From Botryllus schlosseri (taxonomy: Eukaryota): DNA of 64,000 nt. Under the pieces are notes generated by a model, which had not been told where the DNA came from, did no database searches, and saw only the letters and a list, made by a program, of their open reading frames with translations. The stretch lies in the NCBI GenBank assembly GCA_051294905.1, contig CM119384.1, positions 5,146,001-5,210,000 on the forward strand. The letters are read 5' to 3'. Made by a program: the position numbers and the translations under genes. Positions 1 to 12,400 of the stretch are shown in pieces. How positions within the stretch are numbered: the stretch's first letter is position 1; each line of letters begins with the position of its first letter.

Positions 1-545
1 GAATCTCTTCAGCAGCGACTTGTTGGATAGGCAGCCAGGCCCCTTTGGGGCCCTAGTTATGATTCGGAGTACTTTATGTTGTAGTTTTTGCAGTGGCTTG
101 AGTGCAGTTTTTCTGGCAGCCCCCCAACACAGGATGCCATAGTGTAACTTCGATTGGATTAAGGATTTAAAGAGTATCAGAAGAACCCATGCTGGCATGA
201 AGCGCCTAAGGCTGTAGAACAGGCCGCACTTCGGTGATAATTTAGTTTCTAGGGACTGAATATGACTCTTCCAGGACATGTTCGAGTCCAATAAAACTCC
301 GAGTTATTTGGCATTGTCTGTGTTGGAAACGGGCTGACCAGCGATATTAACGGTTAGGTTATTTTTTGAATTCACTGTCAGCAATTGCGATTTCGAGGCG
401 TTTATGCAGAGGTTGTTCTGGGCCGTCCACTCATCGACTTTGGGCATTTGGTCACGAGTCAGGGCATCCAGCTCTGCCGTCGAAGATGCTGAAGAGAGGA
501 GGTGAGTATCATCAGCGAAGACGGCGAATAATATCAATTACCGTT
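1..545 (-). mobile_element. Non-LTR retrotransposon (CR1/L2-group LINE) reverse transcriptase fragment, 5'-truncated, with an in-frame stop; continues past the left edge
   Basis: Minus frame reads ...FADDTHLL...CINASKSQLL...DNAK*LGVLLDSNMSWKSHIQSLETKLSPKCGLFYSLRRFMPAWVLLILFKSLIQSKLHYGILCWGAARKTALKPLQKLQHKVLRIIT. These are the (Y/F)ADD, K(Y)LGV and YGILCWG motifs of CR1/L2-like RTs. The KYLG tyrosine is a TAA at 304-306. Confidence 0.9.
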
Positions 546-1196
546 ACCGCGATGACAATGTTACCACTTTAATTCACTGCGTCAGATGTAAAATAAAATT
601 AATACGCCACAGAATATAGTTAAAATTTCTGACTCGTCCCGCCAACGTATCCTCTGCTTTTTATTTGGCCCTCGGTAAAAATAATTGCCTACCTCTGGTT
701 TAGACCAGCGATTGTATCATGCGTACATGGCCTGCTGTTGTAGATGCGATTGTTAAGGCCTGCTGTCGACGCGTTAGATTAGCGGGGATTGCGTGCCCGT
801 GCAACTGCACCAATCAACAAATTAGCGAGGATTGCGCGCACAGCAATCAATGACCTGATTTCGCTCGTGTAGAAATAGCAAACCAACTCAGCAGGAGATC
901 GCGTGCTCTGCAGAATCTCGCTAATTGGCAACACGCTTCTCGCTAATTGGAAGCGCCCAACACTGCAAATACGAATTGCTGGGCAGGACACAGACTGTGA
1001 TGCGCGATAGACATTAAACATGAAGAAAGGTGTGATTTTAGGACAAAAAAATCGGTAAAATTTTGCGCGTTATGACTGGAAAATTACGGTATATTCAATT
1101 AACACGACCAAAAAATGCGCATGAAGACGGCTTATTTTGCATAAGACGCGAAAGTTGACTAATAAAAGGTCAACTCAACCGAAAGTAGACGCGGAA

Positions 1197-1410
1197 ACCG
1201 GTTTTCCCAGCGCCTACTCGGATAAAATGACCGTTTTTAGACAATTCACCAGGGATCAGGCCATCAGGGTTACTTGAATAAATTTCGCGTATGTATATTG
1301 TATATGTTCTCTTTTTTTTTACGAATCCGTAAATATTGGGGGGGGGCGTGAAATTTTGAGTCGAGCTTGATAAGGGGGCGATGAGTCGAAAAAGGTTGGG
1401 AACCACTGTT
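1197..1410. mobile_element. Degenerate hAT (Charlie-type) MITE
   Basis: Right end AAAGGTTGGGAACCACTG (reverse complement CAGTGGTTCCCAACCTTT) is a typical hAT TIR. A degenerate left end may be CCGGTTTTCCCAGC near 1197. No TSD verified. Confidence 0.5.
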
Positions 1411-1753
1411 TTACAGCTTAGCTGCGGTGTAAATAGCTTTGGTGTTGCTATCACAAGTGTCCGTCATAGATTGAAAACACCACAAGGTTGCAATACAACG
1501 ATCGAATCTCATAGCAACAACTACAAGGCTAGTCCGCTAGTTAGTTAGGAGTAGTGAAGTGGAATATAATCGTCAAGTTGAAAATATCGATCGTGGAGAG
1601 GGAGTGATATTTGAAAAACCACAACTTCGCCGTTCCTCTCAGCAAGCCGAGGAACAGTTGATTTTTGTAGCATTTGGATGGCAGGGGTATTCCCCTTGTG
1701 TGAGCTTTCATTCGCTGTTGCAATATTTATTTTACTGAATGGTCGGTTCCGTA

Positions 1754-1761
1754 GCGGAAGT
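1754..1761 (+). promoter_or_regulatory. ETS/GABP-like site GCGGAAGT about 80 bp upstream of the proposed start codon at 1841
   Basis: Exact motif match and position only; no functional evidence. Confidence 0.25.
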
Positions 1762-1840
1762 AGAAGGAGTACCGCGGTGAAAATCGATGCATGTTTTGGC
1801 GCGTCTGGAATATTTCGAAGACGATTCTGCGAATAATCGA

Positions 1841-3420
1841 ATGGGTTCTATTGAACAAGAATTGGACGACATAGGAACGGAATGGGAAGTAATTCATGAC
1901 GACTCTCCCATCCAATATCGTTACGTTGTCAAATTTTGCAGGGAGGAGTTATCAGTTACTGCTAGAATTCCAGGTACGGCTGCTGCTGTTGTAGCTGCTT
2001 TTATTGCCGAGTTGATTGCTTTTTACGATTACCTCTTATCTAGTATCAAATGTACATCACGAATTCCAAGTTGTAGTTCCTTCTTCGTTTTATTTGCTTT
2101 TTTATCAAATCAAAATAATAGAAGATCACGATAATATGAATACATAGGATCGTCTCGGAACGACATGGAGTAGTCTCTTAATCAGACCAGAGTGGTCATG
2201 TCTGCACACAGTGCACTGTGCACTTGTACAGGCTCGGTGTGCAGGATACAGACAGCTTAGTGCGGAATATATTGTTCATAGAGAACTTTCAGTTAGAAGT
2301 TAAGATTTGGAATTTGTTTTGAGTTGGCAGTTTTGCGAATGGATACAGCTGACAAGTGACATAGAACAAGAAGGGGAGATTGTCAGGATTATCAACAGGG
2401 GCATTTCCATCAAAGAGGGCAACAAAGCTTTAAAACAGAGGAAGAGTAATCACTGATTAGTCATCACCAACCATCAGCATCCCAAGATAAAAAGAGGAAA
2501 CTAGTACACAGTATAAAAGTCATGACCATTCTTCAGAAGTCGGAAATTTCCAGGATGACACAGATGAAGTTGGAGCAATAGACAAGGATCTTGGAGCAAC
2601 ACCAAAAGTTAGTCAGTATGTAATACTTGAGTATAAGAGAGAGTTTTTTTCAGGGTCTTGTAGAGAGTGTGGGGATGAGAAAGGTGCAGAAGTCAGCTTG
2701 GTGCAGAATTCACTGACATGCAAAAGGAAAACATTGCAACTGGTCAATTCAAAACGACTAAATATTTTTTATTGGGTGCATACTAAACAGATAATATCTG
2801 ACCCAGACTTAGTGAACGCTCGTAGTAGTTACACAGTGAATTAACTCAAATAATATTGGCATTGACCTACTTTTTCTGATTGATTTGTGTGATTTTGTTG
2901 ATGTTTTTTGAAAGACCGTAGAGGGTCAAAGTCACCTTCTCAACTTATGTGATTGTCGTATGTGTAAATATGTTTTAACAGAGTAAAAATGGTGATCAGC
3001 TAAAGTCACACGGGTGACATTAACCACCTCATGAAAATTATAATTAAAAATGATTAAAAGCATAAAAATGTATTAGTTTCATGTTTGATCCGTAGCCAAA
3101 ATAATTCTTTCAATGAAATAAGAGATAAAATCATGCCATATAGAATTATTCAGCATTGCATTGGAAAGTTGGTACAAAGTCTGTCTTTGGTGCAGTATCT
3201 GACTATCTGTTGTTGCACTGGTATCCCTTTTAAAAGATTCAAACGTTTAAAACTTTTAGAGAATTATCCAGATGATCCACCAGCATTCGAGTTTGTAGAA
3301 GGCAAAAAAGGGGACATACACGAAGAAATGGAAAGAAAGATACTTTTAAGAATCAACGAGATCCTCATTCGATCGCAAGGCCAACCTATGTTAATGAGAA
3401 GCATTTTGGATGCAATATGG
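1841..3420 (+). CDS. RWD domain (exon 1 and start of exon 2 of the fusion gene)
   Basis: Spliced sequence MGSIEQELDDIG...EELSVTARIP|ENYPDDPPAFEFVEG...SQGQPMLMRSILDAIW shows the RWD YPxxxP motif and the C-terminal G-x-PM helix. Confidence 0.7.
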
Positions 3421-6400
3421 AGTCATTCACATATAACCCCGATAGAACCTACGCCAGGAGACGTCATGAATACAAAAAGGCTTCCAACACGAAAAAAGAA
3501 AAAAAGAGTCAAGTATCAACTAGCAGCGAATTTTGGTGGTTTACCGCCTGGTCTTTCTCTGGATCCAGGAAGACAAAAAGTCAAAAATAGCAAATCAACG
3601 GAGCAGGGTGAAGCCATAAAGGAGAAGCAGAAGTCTTCGTCAGGCGCAAAAGAACAGAAATTGCCACCAATGAAAACTGCTAAAGACGTTATCAACAGGT
3701 AAACTTCGATTGTTTCATTATCGTAACCTCATCAATATGAACTCAGAACAGTTAGTAGCACTTTCAAAATTTCTTGGATTCGCAGCATTTATTGACAATC
3801 AGCTTGGCAGCTTGATATGTCATGGAAAATTAATACCAGATGTTAAACCGAAATTATATTTCATCTGACTGTCCAATTGTTCATGTTTAATGTCTATACA
3901 AATACAATACAATCCTCTTTGCAGGGTATTTAGTAGTTGCGTGCAACCACGACTTCTCGTAAACAAAATTACATCATGTAGCGTCAAATCACTGTGTAGA
4001 CTACCATTAAATAAAAGTATAGCTAGAATGATACACAGCACTCCATGATACTCTGATTATAGTGCTGAAAAATTTTACCCCACTTCTGATGAATCAGTCA
4101 ATAAGCAGGAAAATGGTGCTGTTGGTTTGTATTTGTGGTATGAGTCCAAGGAATCCGTGTGGCGACGTCCCATATGTTGATAATGTTGTCAATTTCACGC
4201 CGTTCATTGGGAACTCTATTCATAGATTGAAATGGGACGAGCAACTGAAGCATGAAGAATTCATAGTGGGATACGAAGATCGTTTTGATGGGATAAAGGA
4301 AGTTCCTGTGTGGGATCTTAACTGGGAAGATGACATCTCTGCCACGGGTCCCACCGACAAGTTGGCCATCCCCGAGCATCGCATAGAGCATTTCAAGTGG
4401 AATTCAATTCTGTTGTGGGAGAAAAGCACTAGGACAGATGATGTATTCGGGTCTACAGGAAGTCAGAAAACGGTCGTTGATGTCATTCGAAGGTATGGAC
4501 TTGCTAAACTGTCTACCTTGAATTACCGTACTTACTTTGCTGTTCAATTGAAGGCTAACATACAACCCGTGTGGGATCACATTGTAAATCATACTGTGAA
4601 GTGTGAACAAATGAAGTCAATCGTTTGCTCATTACCTTAAGGCCTTTGCTAGGAAACAATGCCCTTTTTATTGGCCAAAATCAGTGTAGCCCACATCTAA
4701 TACAGGGATAGTGTGTAATATGTCCTCATAAATGCGAGCTCTCACTTGTACTTGTACAGGAAAGTAGTTGTATGATAAGCCAGCTTTGGGGGCTCAATCT
4801 TAGATTGAATGAAAAATATCAATCTATTATAATTTATATCTGTAATGATTAAATCAATAAATGTATTTGGTCTGAATACAGTCTATTTCTAAACTGATAT
4901 AGAATTGGAAAATGTTAATATCAATGATAGGACCATCCTACCGTCTAAATTTAATGTATTAATAAAACCCGATTCAAGCGTTTTTGCTGTTCCTTAGTTT
5001 GATTGCAACAGTATACATACCTTAACCCTTGACGTGTCACAAAACAATTCAGATATAAATCCAAGCACTCTTCGGAATCTGGTGGTAACAATGAGAGTAC
5101 TGAAAACCTCGGAAAGGACAAAAACGAAAGTTGTCAGAAAATCCCGTTGGTCTCCGGGGAGGTGCAAAATGTACCAAATGCCACGAAAGATTTTTCCAAC
5201 ATCTCATTGAATGAATGTAAAGGTGAGTTGAGCCAATGGTAATACTAGGTACTAGTGTCAATATTATAGACCAGTGCTTCCCAACTGTCTATTTAGGTGG
5301 ATTGAGAAGAATCTCTAAATGTTAGTTTTTTATTCCATTTGCGAAATATGCCAAACGCATTATCTTCTCACGATTAGACAGGCAAATACCCGTTTGTCTT
5401 TGCCCATAAGTGCCGTAAGCCACGCTCCTGTGCTTACAATAACTCATGAGCCAGATTTTCATGACAGTGATTTTGATGGGACCGTGAAATTGGAAACGGT
5501 AGTGTGTTTTTGAGTATATGTCTTAAATTGGAAATCAGTAGCAATGGCTTTGCGAACGGTCATTGGAAAATGCAATCCTGCCCGATTATAATCAGTAAAC
5601 AATTGCCGCGACACAAGCTATGCTCGGGACCTCTTTGTGCTCGAAGTAAAATACAAATTACTGCTTGAATACACTCTTTCCTGTTTGTAATCATATATTA
5701 TGTGTATTCTTGTCTGCTTGATAGGCTTGTGGGCGTCGCATGTGACTTGTTACTCACACGACTAATTCTACGTCAAATTATGTGCTCATTCGTTCATATC
5801 TAATGGTAGGCCGCACAATATGCTGACGCATTTGGTATTTTCTCACCCTGCTTTCTCAAAATATACCACTGGAGAAGCCACTTCTATCAGCAGATTGCCA
5901 ATGAAGCTCCTAACTTCATTCCTAACGGGATCATCAAATGCTTATATTGATTTACTTTTGTCGTATAGGTGAATTTACTGGCAGCGGAATTCAAAAAAAG
6001 TATGATAACGAACAACCCGTGACACAAGATCACGGCTTTGTTAAATCATCAAATGTGGAAAAGCAAAATCAAGTCCAAACATTTAATGAGAGCGATAAAA
6101 TATCGAGTGTGAAAGCAGTCCTCGCTAGTGACAGTGTTGGACTTGGTGACAGAAAAGACAGTCCATCAGATATCAAACACAAATTGGAGTCTTCAAATCT
6201 GGCAAGCACTACTTTTGATGATATTCAAGGGTAGGGTATTTCCTAGTGCTGTTAATCATACAAAAACTTTAGACTCGAGAAACTTTTCAGGCGTGGACCC
6301 ACGAACTTATCGGAATCTGATGCAAAGGTCGGGTCAACTCCGCAAGAAACTATCGAGACTCCAAGAAATGAGAATTCTCAAGAAGTCCAGCTGGCCAATG

Positions 6401-9400
6401 TGGTCGTGCAAGGCGTTCCAAATAATCTTCAAGATTTTGGTGATAGCTCAGTAAAGGAATCGGAAGAAATCAAAGGTATGTTCAAAGCTATATCACTTCA
6501 ATACGGTGGTGCAGTGAGTCACAATAATCCAGTGATTCCTAGGGTTGTAAGCAAGTCACAAGGTTCCGAGTCACAAGTTATTCATACTTTTATAGTTTTG
6601 ACTCGAGTCAAGTCGAATCATTTACAATTCACCACCAAGTCAAGTCCGAGTCATAGTGTTGTGACTCGAGAACAAGTCATTGTGTTCACTGCTCAGTTTC
6701 GCGTTCAAGCATGTTCAATCCACTTTTTTTCAATTCTGTTCGAGGGATATAAAATGACACGCATTTATAAGATCTTAATTTTCCTCAGTCCTCACAGTTT
6801 CTGGCCCTATTTTCCAAGTAGCAAGACTGATAGACGAAATACCTATAACATGGTGACTTTACTATTATTCTAAGTTACAATGAAATGTTTGGGTTGGCCG
6901 TCCTATTCTCGAGTCATATGACTTGCATGACTCGAGTACAAGTCGAGTCAAAACAAAAATTGACTCGAGTCGGACGCATTTCAAAAAATGACTCGGGTCA
7001 TGTCGAGTCACCAAAAAATCGTGACTCGAGTAGGACTCAAGTCAAGTCATGATTCGAGTCATTGCAACCCTGGTGATTCCAACCCTTTGACAATCTGTGA
7101 CCCAGTTTCAGCGTGGATGGACAACATTTGCCGTAAGTAGCATACACTGATAATTTTCTGGCATGCGCCGGGAAAACGTCTGGTAATTTAAGAACTTTTT
7201 GACTAAAAAGTAGTCTATTAGGGTTGCTACAACCTTGCGTCTTCAAAAAGCAATGACAAGTAAGGCTCTATATGATATTGCTACTATTTGAAATCACGCC
7301 GAGGTCACCAGGTGAAAACTGTAGGTGTAGCACTGAACCTTTTTCTAATTAAAATATTCGGTTGTTCATCGATGGAACTACTTGTGACTTGGGTTAATTT
7401 TTCTACGTTAATCTGTCCAAAACATAGCGGAATAAGTGTCACAATATCTTACAGGTGACCATGGCGGCATGACTATTCCAAACGAGACCGAACAACACCC
7501 TGAACACGACGGTGACTTTGTCAAGTCTTCCTGTGCGAGAGAACAAAATTCCGTTCCAAAAATCAATGAAATTGATAAAGACACAAGAGTGGATCCTGCC
7601 TTTGCGGACGACAGTGCCGGTCCTGCCGATAAAATGGACAATTCTACCAATAACGAGCACAGCTTGGAATGTTCAAATAAGGATTCATTCGGCCAAATCA
7701 AATGTGTCATGGAAGACATTCTTGAGGGGGAAGGTAACTGGAATATCAGAATAAGTAGCATATCTAAACCTCTTTGAGCCCTTACTGGCTGTTCCATGCC
7801 GCTCGAAGATGCCAATGGATACCGCTTCAAAGATTTGTGTGGCCTCTGCCGCAATACCTTACTTCCTTTGCCCATAACTTGTGTTTTGATATCCAATTCA
7901 ATTTCAACTTGCAGGTAATGACGATGGAGTGGTGTTTGGAGGCTGTATGTCCGACGACTTGTTTGAGCATGGGAGTTCGGAAAAGAAAAGTCCAGGTAGG
8001 TTAGGTGTACAATAGTTTCCTGTCTAGCTACCGTTTTTTTACGGCATGTATATTGTTAACAGGTGGTCAGCATTTTCGGTCTAGTAGAGGTAGAAGTTGT
8101 GCCGTAAATGTCTATACAAATACAAGTAGAAGTATCAATTTCAACTGTATGACACTTCAAACTGGAGTAGAAAATGAGGGGTCAGAATCTGAATTATTCG
8201 ATAGTTAAGGAGTCTCGTAGCAGTTAATCAGGGGTGGTTACTGTTGAAATGGCAACATTGGTCTTCCTGATTAATACAAAAGGACTAATGACACTACAAG
8301 TGTGTGCAATCTTCGAAAATATATTCAGTTACTGTGATACATGGTCTATTTCACGTGGCTCTTACTTTCTAATTTTCGAAATTAAAGCTGTAAAAAACTG
8401 CTCAAGTAGAAGTAGAAGTCGTCTCAAAACATTAAGTTGTGCAAACATACATGATCTATATGATATCTGATATTTTTCTAGAAATTAATTCTTGCCTTGA
8501 TTGCGTAAACAGAATACGGCCGTCAACCATGTTATTCGCTTTTCTATTCATTTCAAACCGTCTTTCTGTGCAAACTTGACGGTTGGCTTCTCGCAGGTGA
8601 GAGAAATTACTCGAAAGAAAAGTCGCGTAGAAAGGATCGCCGTCAAGATTTTTCCCACCCGTACGGTAGCCGCCGGAATGGTGGACGTGATGATGCTCGT
8701 TCACAAAGGAGACGACGAGAACCGTCACAAAACAATGAAGATCATCGATGTGCCAGCAAGACTTATGGGGATGAGTCACAAGGTATGAAATAAACCTGAA
8801 CTTTTGCAATATGAAGATATTCTTCAGTTGTATATTAAAATTCTGTACCTTCAGTATTGGCTATAATTAATTACGTTATATTTGGATTGTGCCTACAGCA
8901 AATAATTATCATTGTTGCGATATGTTTCAATACATCCGGTGTCCCTATATTCTATCGCTGAACCGCCGTAGCTCCCTGTGTTAACTCAAAGCGAGCATTA
9001 CAGAAAATGATTCTCAGCATTTTCAATGCACCTATGGAGTGCAGTGCCCTTTTAAGGAATTAGTATGCTCAGTTTACAGTATTATATTCCCTCAACTTAA
9101 CGAAATCCCAGGGATTTTCACTCTTGTGATTTACGAATTGTGTTTTTAGTGTTGCCGCGTGAATATCAATACTGCATTGTCGCTGATATCGAAGGGCACC
9201 AATTAAGAGAATTGCAGAATTTGCAAAGACAACTGGTCCACGGTCGAAAACACAGTGCCAGGTTACGGAAGGAGGATTTTTTATTCGTCAATATCGCATC
9301 AATAGCTTTTGACAATTTTGAGGAGAGACGTGTTTTGGAGAAGGTATTGGATATTCTACACACGATAATAACCTACGTTTTCTTTTGAAAGAAGTCTTGA

Positions 9401-12400
9401 TGTGTATTCTCGAATTTCCAGGCCCTGGTGCAAGTTTGTAAAGAAATGAAGCCTTTTCTATCGAACACAGGCCGTGTAGAATTCCGGAAACGCAAACTTA
9501 CCGTGCCGTTGTTTGCCGAACCGTTTAGAGACTTGGCCAAAAAACTCCGCCAGCGAATCCCTTCAGATGGTATGTATGTGACATATTTCGACAATATAAC
9601 TACCGACTGCCTATTAGGCATCTATATGCTGTCCGAGATAAGAACCTTTAGTATTGCATCGAACAGAGATGGTCAAAGTGGTCATTGTTAGTATTCAAGT
9701 GGAATTCAGTGGAATTAGTATTCAAGCTGTAAATTTCTATTCAATTACAAGTAGGGATTTGAAGAGCTACTTGGAGGTACAGAACTTCAACATACAATTG
9801 AATAGTGTATTCAGATTGAAGTAAATCCAAATATTTTCGGCTGACACTCGTCAGGGGTAATCATCAGCAGCTGGTAGAGAATCGGAAAGAACATTGTATA
9901 TTAACAATAGCATCAAAAATATGACGTCACCTGCATGAAATTTCGAAAATGATGATATGAAAATTAGTAAAATTTGTGGTTTCAAGCAGGGATTTTCTAG
10001 AACTTCTAGAAGTTTCTAGATATCCCTGATTTCAAGAAGTAGATTTGGTCAACACGTCACACACTTTTAATAGCCAGTCCAAGGTTGCTACTTTCGAAAT
10101 TGCTGGATGTATCTTCATGGCTGACAAAAAGGACGAATAACATAACAAATCAATGCAATTTTCAAACATGTATTCCTTTACCGTGATACGGGCTATTTCA
10201 TCCAGTTATGATAATGTCAACGATACACGTGATTGAAACCTGTCCCAAAACTACTTTCTAAATGTACTTTCGACTTTACAAAGTCCAGAGTAGTTTTAGA
10301 AGTGGAAGTAGTCAAAAAGTACAACCACTTGAGTAAGTAGTTCAAGTAGTAGTTTTTAGATTTGCTAAAATTTGTTCAAATTACGGAATAATTTTGTGAC
10401 TTTATGTAGATGCACATTGCACATGCACTTTCAGGGATTGACCCTCGGTCGCATGCTAGATTTTTATGAAACGTATTTCATTTAGTTGACGTCACATTGC
10501 TACCTCATGTTCAACTGGTGAATGTTTCGGGCGACACGAGAGGTTTGGAATCCCAGAAAATGCCATCGCCAAAGTTGCGATGTCCTATTCATTTCATGTA
10601 CTTGTGGGATCTCAATGGCCCAGATAATCAACCCATTGACTATGTTGAGCTTGGAGATGGAAACGATCGTTTGTGGCAAGAAGGTTTGTGGCGGATTTAC
10701 ATTTGCGATTTGAAAACATGCTAGAGATCGTTCGAATAGTTACTTGCCACTCGTCGCATGATGAGATTGATGTCACTGTACGGCCGGATTATCCGAGACA
10801 TGTTTATTTGGTTCGGTAGTACCTTATGCGCACAATCCACTTTCCCCGTCATTTGCTAGAATTTTACTAAATATTTTTGAGTTAACTAATTTTGTGCACA
10901 GGAGAGTCAATTTATTGGCAAGTCTGTGTACCAAGTTTTCATGTAAATTGTGTCTACTTTCTTTTTGTGTGCTAGTGCGTTGTTTTACTTGTTCAACAAC
11001 ATTGAGGACTAATATGTATATTTATCAATCTTATTTAAATTGCAGAGTTCAAATCCTATCATGATTCAAGACAGACATATGGGTAAGTGTAGCAGATATA
11101 AATCAGTAATTCAAATGTAGTTAACCATTGGCTTACGGAATAAGATATTTTTCTTCTCAAGATCCATTAAAACAGTTATAACTTCACCTGTAGGGTAGGG
11201 CCCTTCGTAAAATGACAGCCATATTTACTTTTGCCCTAGCTAGTAGCTAGTTGCTATGTTATCTACCCTATTATGATATATAATGAACTTGAATACATTC
11301 CTTGGTATTTTCACCTTATTGTCCATCCCTGAGCCATAACATTCGAGTGTTAAGAGACTTCGAGAACGTTCTCACTGTAATATTTTAAGGCGTGGAATGC
11401 GTAAAGATTCCAAATGGGAAGTTACTGTAAGCAAAAAGCTGTCTGGCATCTTGAGGCACAACAATATGGGCTTTCATATCGATCAGGGTAAGTGTGATAC
11501 ACCAAATGTATGCATGGCAAACACCGACATGTCTTCTGCAACGTTTCTAATGTTCATCACAGATGGGTACATCGAAGTCAATTCACTGTTGAGTCATCAA
11601 TTTTTCCGACATAGCAATGTCACAGAGGAGGATATTGAAATGATAGTGAAGAATAACGCAAAGAAAAGGTTCGTCCTTGAGGGCGAACCTGGGAAATACA
11701 AAATACGGGCTACGCAGGGTCACACTGTGAAGGTAGAATGAGTTGTAACGGTGTGGTCTAGTTCATTAAAATATTTCTTTCAATTTCAAAAGGGGGTTGA
11801 TCTGCAGCTACGTCAAATCCAGGATGCCGAAGAATTTCCTAACGTGATCCATGGCACGATCACCAAAAATCTTGATGGCATAATGGACAATGGTTTATGC
11901 AGGATGAAGGTATGACGTAACGGTTGTTTTACTGAAAAATATTTGAGGGAAAAAGATGCATGAAATTGTATTTCCTGAATTTTCCCGAACTAGACAAAAG
12001 ATTCACGAGTCTCGATTTCACGGAATGCTTTGAATCTAGCTATGGCATTTCACTAAACATCAACTGCAGTCGATATATTGACAATGTATGACCAATTTGA
12101 GCATCCGTATTTCAATTCAGATGTTATTTTCTCAGAGAAATCACATTCACATGACGACAGGGTTGCCGCGTGAAGAATCAGTCGTCAGCGGCATGAGGAA
12201 TTCCAGCAATTGCTTCATTTACGTGGATTTGAAGAAAGCCATGGAAGGTAATCGGGATTGTAACCAGGTCACAAGTAGGGATGATGACCAAATGAATCAA
12301 CTGTAGCAATCTGATGCTATGATAATCCCATAGAATCAATATCTTTGTCGCTTTACCAACAATTTCCACAAGGACTTGTTACCGACAATGTATTCGGCTT

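Noticed and set aside
6476-6873. 3' part of ORF 6400-6873 (157 aa)
   Set aside because: Only 6291-6475 is exon. The rest reads through the GTATG donor into the MITE.
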